Assembly: GCA_038253135.1 (NCBI GenBank)
Contig: JBBSHJ010000002.1
Coordinates: 9,217-73,216, forward strand
Direction: 5' to 3'
Source of the DNA: Mycobacteriales bacterium
GTDB lineage: Bacteria; Actinomycetota; Actinomycetes; Mycobacteriales; QHCD01
Length of the DNA stretch: 64,000 nt
Shown here: positions 57,487 through 64,000 of the stretch, one piece after another
How positions within the stretch are numbered: position 1 is the first letter of the stretch
Layout of the letters: each line of letters begins with the position of its first letter
Made by a program: the position numbers and the translations under genes
Notes under the pieces: generated by a model
Seen by the model: the letters and a program-made list of their open reading frames with translations, nothing else
The model's database searches: none
What the model was told of the DNA's origin: nothing

Positions 57487-58263
57487 ATGAGCGCATGGAC
57501 CGACGACACGCGGCCCGCCAACCCGCCCGCGGCGATCAACGGCGATGCCGACCTCGCAGCGATCGGGCGCGTTTTGGCCGATCCGGGTCGCGGCCGGATG
57601 TTGCTCGCGCTCGGCGACGGGCGGGCCCTGCCGGCGAGCCGATTGGCCGCGGAGGCGGGCGTCAGCGCCGCGACCGCGTCCAGCCATCTCGCCCGGCTCA
57701 CCGACGCCGGCCTGCTCGCAGTCGAGCCGCACGGGCGGTTCCGCTATTACCGGCTCGCCGGGCCCGAGGTCGGGCAGCTGCTCGAGACGATCGCACTGCT
57801 CGCGCCGGCCACCCCGGTCCGCTCGCTCCGCCAGGGCACGCAGGCCGCGGCGATCCGCGCGGCCCGGACCTGCTATGACCACCTGGCCGGCCGGCTCGGT
57901 GTCGAGGTCATGGCCGCGCTGCTGGACGCGGGTCATCTAGCCGGCGGCGGCGGTCGCCATGACCCGGATGGATCGGATCCGCGCGCCGGGCACGGGCATG
58001 AGGTGGATTACCGCGTCACGGATTCGGGTCGCGCATTCTTCGCCGAGCTGCAGGTCCCCGTTGCGCGCAAACCGCTGCGCTACTGCATCGACTGGACCGA
58101 GCAGCGGCACCACCTCTCCGGCGCGCTCGGCCGAGCGTTGCTGGCCCGCTTGATCGAGCTGGGTTGGGTACGCCGGGCGCCCGCGTCACGGGCGGTGCGG
58201 CTCACAGACGACGGACGTCGCGGGCTGCTCGACGTGCTCGACGTACGGCTGACTAGCCGGTGA
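57487..58263 (+). CDS. ArsR/SmtB-type winged-helix transcriptional regulator
   Basis: LADPGRGRMLLALGDGRALPASRLAAEAGVSAATASSHLARLTDAGLL. Divergent from the MFS gene. Confidence 0.8.
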   Translation: MSAWTDDTRPANPPAAINGDADLAAIGRVLADPGRGRMLLALGDGRALPASRLAAEAGVSAATASSHLARLTDAGLLAVEPHGRFRYYRLAGPEVGQLLETIALLAPATPVRSLRQGTQAAAIRAARTCYDHLAGRLGVEVMAALLDAGHLAGGGGRHDPDGSDPRAGHGHEVDYRVTDSGRAFFAELQVPVARKPLRYCIDWTEQRHHLSGALGRALLARLIELGWVRRAPASRAVRLTDDGRRGLLDVLDVRLTSR

Positions 58264-58489
58264 CGAAACCGACCCGACGGCTCTCCGCCTCGGCGATCTC
58301 GACGTAGGCGACCTTCGCGGTCGGCACCAGCACGCGCCGCCCCTTCTCGTCGACGAGGGCGAGCACGTCGCCGCTCTTGCTGGAGCCGGTCAGCGCCTCA
58401 CGCACCGCTTGCTCGACCTCGTCCGGGGTCTGATCGGACTCGATCGTGAGCTCTCGCGGCGAATTCTCGACGCCGATCTTGACCTCCAC
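58253..58489 (-). CDS. DUF3107 domain protein (TB9.4-like)
   Basis: MEVKIGVENSPRELTIESDQTPDEVEQAV..VLVPTAKVAYVEI. Confidence 0.85.
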   Translation of the reverse strand: MEVKIGVENSPRELTIESDQTPDEVEQAVREALTGSSKSGDVLALVDEKGRRVLVPTAKVAYVEIAEAESRRVGFVTG

Positions 58490-58589
58490 CGCATACCCTC
58501 CAGCTCAGGCTTTCACTGTCCGTCTGAATAATAGCCGCCGGCCCGCGCCCGCCGGGACGCCGTGCGCGGAGGGCGAACACCGGCGAGTG

Positions 58590-59501
58590 TCAGCTCGGCA
58601 GCGGCGCGCGGTCGGTCAGCGTCGCCGCGTGCAGATCACCCAGATCGTCGACGCGGTCGAGGACGTCGGGTGCGGTGAAGGACGGCCGGCCGCCGCGCTC
58701 CACCTCCTCCCACGTCAATGGTGCGGACGCGGTCGGCGTGGCCCGGGCCCGCAACGAGTAGACCGACACCGTGGTCTTTGCCGCGTTGTTCTTGCTCCAG
58801 TCGATGAAGACCTTGCCGGGGCGCAGTTTCTTCGCCATCGCCGAGACGATCAGCCTCGGATGCTCGGCCGCGAGCCGGTCGGCCACCCGCTTCGCGTAGC
58901 TCGACGTCGCGCCGCCGGGCGCCTCCTCGATCGGGATCGAGAGCTGCATCCCCTTGGAGCCGCTGGTCTTCGGGTAGGCCGTGAGCCCGCCCACCGCGAG
59001 CGCCTCGCGCAGCAGTACCGCGACCTCGCAGCACTGCTCGATCGTCGCCGGCGGCCCGGGGTCGAGATCGAAGACCAGCAGGTCGGCGCCGTGCGCCCCG
59101 CCGCGGGGGCCGATCGCCCACTGCGGGGTGTGCAGTTCGAGGGCGGCGAGGTTGGCCAGCCACACCAGCGTCGGCAGGTCCTGCACCACGACGAAATCGA
59201 TGGTCTCGCGGTCCATGGTGCTGCCCGGGACCGGCAGGGTCACCGTCCGCACCCAGTCCGGTGTGTGCGACGGCGCATTCTTCTCGAAGAAATGGTGACC
59301 CTCGACGCCATTCGGATAGCGCTTGACCGTCAGCGGGCGGGCGGCCAGATGAGGCAACAGCACCGGCGCGATGCGGGTGTAATAGTCGATGACCTCGCCC
59401 TTGGTAAAGCCGGTTTCGGGATAGAGCACCTTTTCGACATTCGTCAGCTTCAGCTGCCGGTCCCCGACCTTGACCCGGACGGATGTCGATTCCTTGGCCA
59501 C
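58590..59501 (-). CDS. ligD: non-homologous end-joining LigD polymerase/primase domain protein
   Basis: GTG 59501 after GAGAGGGGG. LTNVEKVLYPETGFTKGEVIDYY, DLDPG and KTSGSKGMQL motifs. Confidence 0.9.
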   Translation of the reverse strand: MAKESTSVRVKVGDRQLKLTNVEKVLYPETGFTKGEVIDYYTRIAPVLLPHLAARPLTVKRYPNGVEGHHFFEKNAPSHTPDWVRTVTLPVPGSTMDRETIDFVVVQDLPTLVWLANLAALELHTPQWAIGPRGGAHGADLLVFDLDPGPPATIEQCCEVAVLLREALAVGGLTAYPKTSGSKGMQLSIPIEEAPGGATSSYAKRVADRLAAEHPRLIVSAMAKKLRPGKVFIDWSKNNAAKTTVSVYSLRARATPTASAPLTWEEVERGGRPSFTAPDVLDRVDDLGDLHAATLTDRAPLPS

Positions 59502-59517
59502 GATGTCCCCCTCTCTT

Positions 59518-60459
59518 TCAGGCTTGGTCTTCCCGCACCACGTCGCGCGGGTCCTTGTCGTCGCGTACGCCGCGGAAGGTCGGGTGCCGCAACCGGTGGG
59601 TCGGCGTCCACTCGACGTACTGCACATCCACGACCACAGCCGGCGCGCACCACTGCACGTTGGCCAGCTCGGCTCGAGTCATCTCCCCGGAGAACGGGCA
59701 AACCTCCTGCTCCAGGGGACCAACCAGCCGTTGTAGCCGGCCCAGCATCGCGTCGGTAAATCCCGTCCCGACCTGCCCGGCGTACCGCAGCGCCCCGTCC
59801 CCGCCGTGGTAGCCGATCGACAACGACCCGATCCGGCCGGTGCGCCCGCCCCCGCCGCGCTCGTAGCCGCCGACCACGAACGCCTGCCGTCGGGTGAGGC
59901 GGGACTTCACCCACTCCGGGCTCCGCACACCCGGCCGGTATCCCGACGTCAACCGCTTGGCGACGACACCCTCCAGGCCCTGCGCCTTGCTGGCGCCCAT
60001 CGTCGCGGGCCCGTCGTCGAGACTCGGTGGCACGGCCCACGACGGGCCGTCCAGGCCCAGGCGCTCGAGCGTCCTGCGCCGCTCGGTGTACGGCCGCTTG
60101 GTGAGATCGACGCCGTACAGCCGGACGACGTCGAAGATCAGGTAGGTCACGGGCGTCCCGGCGGCGAGCCGGCGCGCCTTCTCGGCGCTGCGGCAGTGCA
60201 TCCGGGGCTGCAGCGCGGCGAAGCTCGGCCGGCCGTCGGCGAAGGCCACGATCTCGCCGTCGAGCAGCGCGTCGGGACACGCGTCGGCGAGCCCCCAGAG
60301 TTCGGGGTACGCCGCGGTGATCGGCCGCTCCGTGCGGCTGGTCATCTGCATCCCGTCGGTGGTGAGATCGGCCACCGCGCGCACGCCGTCCCATTTGAAC
60401 TCGAAGGCCCAGCCGTCCCCGGTCGGCAGCGTGCCGGCGGTGGCGAGCATCGGCTTCAC
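59518..60459 (-). CDS. ligD: ATP-dependent DNA ligase (LigD ligase domain protein)
   Basis: MKPMLAT..WAFEFKWDGVRA adenylation motif I (KxDG). Confidence 0.9.
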   Translation of the reverse strand: MKPMLATAGTLPTGDGWAFEFKWDGVRAVADLTTDGMQMTSRTERPITAAYPELWGLADACPDALLDGEIVAFADGRPSFAALQPRMHCRSAEKARRLAAGTPVTYLIFDVVRLYGVDLTKRPYTERRRTLERLGLDGPSWAVPPSLDDGPATMGASKAQGLEGVVAKRLTSGYRPGVRSPEWVKSRLTRRQAFVVGGYERGGGGRTGRIGSLSIGYHGGDGALRYAGQVGTGFTDAMLGRLQRLVGPLEQEVCPFSGEMTRAELANVQWCAPAVVVDVQYVEWTPTHRLRHPTFRGVRDDKDPRDVVREDQA

Positions 60460-60555
60460 ACGCCCATCCTGCCCATGACCGGCCGGTCAAGGCACCCAGG
60501 TATCGGACTAACAGACCGGCGGGACAAAATCCGGTGCGGATGGGACGCTTGGGCA

Positions 60556-61578
60556 ATGCGAGCCATTTGGAAGGGTGCGGTCTCGTTCGGCCTGGTCAGC
60601 ATCCCGGTGCGGCTGTACTCCGCCACGGAGGAGCGCGACGTCGCGTTTCACCAGGTGCACCGGGAAGACGCGGGCCGGATCCGATACAAGCGGGTCTGCT
60701 CGATCGATGGCGAGGAGGTGCCCTACGCGGACATCGCCAAGGGTTATGAGCTGCCGAGCGGGGACACTGTTGTCATCACGGACGACGACCTGGCCGACCT
60801 GCCGCTGTCGACGAGCCGCGAGGTCGATGTGCTCGCGTTCGTGCCGCTGGAGCAGGTGGACCCGATCTATTTCGCCAAGAGTTACTACCTCGAGCCCGAC
60901 AACAACGCGGCCAAGCCCTATGTCCTGCTGCGGGATGCGCTCGAGCAGTCCGGCCGGGTCGCGCTGGTCAAGGTTGCGTTGCGCCAACGCGAGGCGCTGG
61001 CCACCCTTCGGACCCGCGACGGCGTCCTCGTGCTCGAGACGATGGTGTGGCCGGACGAGGTCCGTGCTCCGGAGTTCGGCTTCCTCGACGAGGACGTGAC
61101 GGTCCGCCCGGCCGAGCTCTCGATGGCCGAGTCGCTGATCGAGAGCATGACCGGCGACTTCGCGCCCGAGGATTACAAGGACGACTACCGCGAGGCGCTG
61201 CAGGCGGTCATCGATGCCAAGGTCGAGGGCCGTGAGGTGGTCGCCGCCGAGGAGGCGGAGGAGACCGGTGCGGGTGACGTCGTCGACCTGATGGCCGCTC
61301 TGCGGCGCAGTGTCAACGACGCGAAGCGGCGCCGGGGCGAGGCCGTCGACGACCAGGACAACACCGACGAGGACGACGCCGCAGGCGCACCGGCCGCCAA
61401 GCGGTCCTCGCCTGGCGCCCGGAAGGCGCCGGCGAAGAAGACCGCGAAGAAGGCGGCCAAGAAGCCGCCGGCGAAGAAGGCCGCCCAGGACAAGAATCCG
61501 GCCGCCAAACAGGCTGCGGCCAAGCGGGCAACTCCGCGCAAACGTTCGGCCGCCAAGGCCGAACGCAAGAGCGCCTGA
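60556..61578 (+). CDS. ku: Ku protein with lysine/alanine-rich C-terminal tail
   Basis: ATG 60556. MRAIWKGAVSFGLVSIPVRLYSAT. C-terminal AKKTAKKAAKKPPAKKAA tail. Confidence 0.95.
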   Translation: MRAIWKGAVSFGLVSIPVRLYSATEERDVAFHQVHREDAGRIRYKRVCSIDGEEVPYADIAKGYELPSGDTVVITDDDLADLPLSTSREVDVLAFVPLEQVDPIYFAKSYYLEPDNNAAKPYVLLRDALEQSGRVALVKVALRQREALATLRTRDGVLVLETMVWPDEVRAPEFGFLDEDVTVRPAELSMAESLIESMTGDFAPEDYKDDYREALQAVIDAKVEGREVVAAEEAEETGAGDVVDLMAALRRSVNDAKRRRGEAVDDQDNTDEDDAAGAPAAKRSSPGARKAPAKKTAKKAAKKPPAKKAAQDKNPAAKQAAAKRATPRKRSAAKAERKSA

Positions 61579-61612
61579 CCTGCCGGGCGTCGCGACGTCG
61601 TACCGTCATCCC

Positions 61613-62677
61613 ATGCGGTCGGTTCCCATGGCGCAGCGCGGACGTGGCGCGGCGGTGCGGTCGGCATTCGGCGACCGGATGCGCGCCGCCGGACTGCGGC
61701 CGCCACCCGGTCCGGTCCGTGTCGCCGCGCTGTCCGACGGTGAGCTGCCCGACGTCGCGGACGACCAGCCGCTGTGGCCGCTGCGGCACATGACGATCGA
61801 CGGAGCGAAGGTCGGCTGCCGGGTCACGCCCGGACCGGCTGGTGCCGATCCCGCGGTCTACGTCCCAGGGCTCGGCGGTACGTCGAGCAACTGGACCGAT
61901 GTCGCGGCCCTGCTGCAGCGGGAGGTCGCGGGCGTCTCGGTCGATCCGGCCGGGTTCGGCGAATCGGATCCGCCGCTGGACGGCAACTACGCGCCGCCTG
62001 CCCACGCGCACCGCCTCGCGCGGTTCATCGAGCAGCAGTTCGGTGGCCGGCCGGTGCACCTTTTCGGCAACTCCCTCGGCGGCGTCGTCACGCTGCTGGC
62101 CGCCGTGCGGCGTCCCGATCTGGTCCGGAGCCTGACGCTGGTCTCGCCGGCGATGCCCGACCTGCGCCCGCATGGCCGCGAGCGGATGATGCTGGTCGCG
62201 ACCGTCGTGCCGGGCGTGCTCACGGTGGCCGAGCGCCGCGGCGGGCTGAGCGCCGAACAGCATGTCCGGATGGTCGTGGACACCGTCTTCGGCGACGCGT
62301 CCGTGGTCAACCCTGACCGGTTCGCCGCCGCGGTCGCCGAGGCCGAACGGCACGCCGGGCAACCGTGGGCGAGCGCCGCGCTGCGCTTGTCGCTGCGCGG
62401 GCTCATCGCGTCGTACGTCGGCACCGGCCGGCGATCGCTGTGGAACCTCGCCCGCCAGGTGCGGGTGCCGTCGCTGGTCGTCTGGGGTGACCGTGACCGG
62501 CTGGTCGACGTGACACTGGCGCATCGCACCGCGCGGGCGCTGCCCGACTCGCGCTTGCTGGTCCTGCCCGGCGTCGGGCACGTCGCGCACATGGAGACGC
62601 CGCGGCTCGTCGCCCGGGCGTTCTGCGGCCTGCTCGAGGAGACCCATCGCCGTGATCTCGCCATCGGCCTGCGCTGA
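61613..62677 (+). CDS. alpha/beta hydrolase
   Basis: ATG 61613. Nucleophile elbow GNSLGG. C-terminal GVGHVAHME. Confidence 0.85.
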   Translation: MRSVPMAQRGRGAAVRSAFGDRMRAAGLRPPPGPVRVAALSDGELPDVADDQPLWPLRHMTIDGAKVGCRVTPGPAGADPAVYVPGLGGTSSNWTDVAALLQREVAGVSVDPAGFGESDPPLDGNYAPPAHAHRLARFIEQQFGGRPVHLFGNSLGGVVTLLAAVRRPDLVRSLTLVSPAMPDLRPHGRERMMLVATVVPGVLTVAERRGGLSAEQHVRMVVDTVFGDASVVNPDRFAAAVAEAERHAGQPWASAALRLSLRGLIASYVGTGRRSLWNLARQVRVPSLVVWGDRDRLVDVTLAHRTARALPDSRLLVLPGVGHVAHMETPRLVARAFCGLLEETHRRDLAIGLR

Positions 62678-62688
62678 GCCCGCGGACG

Positions 62689-62710
62689 GCCGGCGTCGTC
62701 AGACGCCGGC
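62689..62710. terminator. 9-bp perfect GC-rich stem with 4-nt loop between the convergent hydrolase gene and the ECF operon (candidate bidirectional terminator)
   Basis: GCCGGCGTC (62689-62697) pairs with GACGCCGGC (62702-62710), loop GTCA. The stop of the repeat ORF lies in the loop. Confidence 0.45.
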
Positions 62711-62836
62711 GGTGCTCATTGCCGCCTCCGCGGAAACGAGTGCGTCGGCGGTGCTCATTGCCGCCTCCGCGGAAAGGAGTGCGTCGGCGGTGCTCATTGC
62801 CGCCTCCGCGGAAAGGAGTGCGTCGGCGGTGCTCAC
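62699..62836 (-). repeat. 39-bp tandem repeat, 3 full units plus a 21-nt truncated unit, each with SD + ATG + 13 codons (possible small repeat-peptide ORF)
   Basis: Minus strand reads VSTADALLSAEAA / MSTADALLSAEAA / MSTADALVSAEAA / MSTAGV stop. GGAGG lies 5 nt before each ATG. The first GTG overlaps the upstream stop (GTGA). Confidence 0.9.
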
Positions 62837-63042
62837 GCGGCCACGAACCGTTGCCACGACATGACCCGGGTGGACTCGGTGACCAGCCGCCCGGTGGCCG
62901 CGGTGTGCGCCCGCCACCAACTCGAGGGCAGCTGGTCACCGTCGCTGCTCGTGATCGTGGCGAGGATCGCGACGGCGGCACTGTCGGACAGCCGCTGCGC
63001 CCGGCCCCATTCCGCGAGGAGTGCATCAAGCTCGGGCATCAT
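62833..63042 (-). CDS. small hypothetical protein following the ECF sigma gene (possible unconventional anti-sigma partner)
   Basis: ATG 63042/63039 after GGAGGA. The start overlaps the sigma gene end by about 17 nt. No TM helix or HxxxCxxC motif seen. Confidence 0.45.
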   Translation of the reverse strand: MMPELDALLAEWGRAQRLSDSAAVAILATITSSDGDQLPSSWWRAHTAATGRLVTESTRVMSWQRFVAA

Positions 63043-63589
63043 CAAAATCCTCCGCCGTTCCGTCATCGATGTGCAAGGCCGTGCTCAGCGTGCGCCTGGC
63101 CATCGAGAGCCGGTACCGCACGGTGCCGGCCGGTATCTCGAGCGCCTGGCCGATCTCCGCGCTGGTCAGCCCGCTCACGGCGCTCATGCCCACCACGACA
63201 CGCTGCTCCTGCGGCAGCGCGTCGATCGCCCGGCCGAGCGTGGCCACGGTGGCGCGCCGGGCCGCGTCATCGGCCGCGGACTCGGTGTGCGGGGCCGCCG
63301 TCGCGGCGACCGCCCGCAGTTGCGTCGCGGTCGCCGCCCGGGTCGCCCGGCTCCGGTAGGCATCGGTGCTCAGGTTGCGCGCGACGGCGCAGAGCCAGGC
63401 CCGCTGCGCACCGTCGTCCAGCCCGGCGACGTGGTCGATGTTCCGCCAGGCGCGCAGGAAGACCTCCTGCATCAGCTCGTCCGCGGCCCCGTCGTCGCGG
63501 CGCCGGGCGCGGAAGAAGGCCCGCACGCCGTGCCGGTGGGCGTCGTACACCGCGGTGAACCGGGCGGTGCGGGCGTCAGCCGGCCGCAT
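63026..63589 (-). CDS. ECF-type RNA polymerase sigma-70 family factor
   Basis: ATG 63589. Region 2 ELMQEVFLRAWRNIDH. Region 4 LPQEQRVVVGMSAVSGLTSAEIGQALEIPAGTVRYRLSMARRTL. Confidence 0.85.
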   Translation of the reverse strand: MRPADARTARFTAVYDAHRHGVRAFFRARRRDDGAADELMQEVFLRAWRNIDHVAGLDDGAQRAWLCAVARNLSTDAYRSRATRAATATQLRAVAATAAPHTESAADDAARRATVATLGRAIDALPQEQRVVVGMSAVSGLTSAEIGQALEIPAGTVRYRLSMARRTLSTALHIDDGTAEDFDDARA

Positions 63590-64000
63590 CCTCGGCCGCA
63601 CTGATCCGGCCGCGGTTCGTGGTGGCGAGCACCTGGACCACGGGTACGAGCGCGCGGGGCGCAATGATCTGGCCGCTCAGCGCGATCGAAGCCACCTTGG
63701 CCCGGAGAAGGTCGGTGGTGACGTCCTCGCCGATGCTCAGCTCACCGGTCACGATCAGGCTGACCGGCGCGTCGAGCAGATCGAGGAAGGCCGCCCCGTA
63801 GGTCTCGGTGCCGGTGACGAGCCGCGGGTGGTCACCGACGTACCAGATGATCTCCCCGGCGACCGTCATGACCGGCTCGAGCAGGTGCCTCGCGGCCGCC
63901 GGGGCGATCATCATGCCGGCGACGATGATGCGGGCGAAGCCGACGCTGGTCGGCAACCCGTCGACAACGGCCTGGCCGGCGATAAGGAGAATGTCAGCGG
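63576..64000 (-). CDS. hypothetical protein, C-terminal part (5' end outside window)
   Basis: The reading frame stays open to nt 64000. The stop overlaps the sigma gene start by 14 nt. No motif recognised. Confidence 0.4.
   Translation of the reverse strand, partial: ADILLIAGQAVVDGLPTSVGFARIIVAGMMIAPAAARHLLEPVMTVAGEIIWYVGDHPRLVTGTETYGAAFLDLLDAPVSLIVTGELSIGEDVTTDLLRAKVASIALSGQIIAPRALVPVVQVLATTNRGRISAAEDAAG

Noticed and set aside
55784-57496. 570-aa minus-strand ORF and 389-aa plus-strand ORF (56239..57408) overlapping the MFS transporter gene
   Set aside because: Only the 56032..57420 frame gives a hydrophobic 14-TM protein. The others are Arg-rich alternative frames.
62699-62836. CRISPR array hypothesis for the tandem repeats (also considered for 7075-7247 and 51201-51268)
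   Set aside because: The units are contiguous with no unique spacers, and there are no cas genes in the window.
62652-63558. Plus-strand ORFs (62652..62864, 62719..63558) reading through the 39-bp array as AVLIAASAERSAS or PPPRKGVRRRCSL repeats
   Set aside because: All frames are open because of the repeat. The plus-strand ORFs start inside the hydrolase gene or run antisense through the sigma gene, and they lack SD/start signals. Only the minus-strand frame has SD + ATG in every unit.

Overview
A 64-kb high-GC (about 70% by eye) actinobacterial chromosomal segment, densely coding with about 60 CDS. I found no rRNA, tRNA, CRISPR array, transposase, integrase or phage genes.

Gene content:
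- Left part: conserved core synteny of mtrB(partial)-lpqB-comF-hpf-secA, a convergent Rv3235-like gene, a LysM membrane protein, and an HTH / SAF-domain / ParA-MinD-like ATPase trio.
- Middle: more accessory-looking genes.
  - GH18, WS/DGAT, pruA, and GNAT-PaiB divergent from a MocR regulator.
  - A 1400-aa FHA-containing EssC/EccC-like triple-FtsK ATPase divergent from a single WXG100 gene.
  - A frameshifted kinase gene and a lower-GC secreted FG-GAP protein.
  - PHP and PD-(D/E)XK genes.
  - Two LacI-controlled sugar clusters: an (alpha/alpha)6-type GH with PhyH, alpha-galactosidase-like and ThuA genes; and a Gfo/Idh/MocA, DUF993 and TIM-barrel isomerase set.
- Right part: rhlE with an Rv3212-like beta-propeller, a ferritin-like protein, MFS/ArsR, DUF3107, split ligD (ligase + polymerase) with ku, an alpha/beta hydrolase, and an ECF sigma operon that runs off the window.

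Most unusual signals (none explained by the gene calls):
1. A 39-bp tandem array directly coupled (GTGA) to the last gene of the ECF sigma operon. Every unit carries its own Shine-Dalgarno, ATG and 13 in-frame codons.
2. A dispersed, strand-asymmetric 80-87-bp repeat family at three loci. It is anchored on the TGA stop codons of two minus-strand genes and inserted in frame (29 codons, 19-bp direct repeats) inside a DUF993 gene. Both (1) and (2) behave like MIRU-type interspersed minisatellites outside mycobacteria.
3. An apparently orphan FHA-EssC-like ATPase plus one WXG100/YxxxE protein, with no other type VII components nearby.

Smaller items:
- Four 16-bp direct repeats in the mocR/paiB spacer.
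- Palindromic LacI operators.
- A decayed paralog of the GH gene.
- A perfect 17-bp hairpin inside the broken kinase gene.
- Short perfect in-frame duplications.

All calls come from reading the translations and the sequence by eye. No database search was run.
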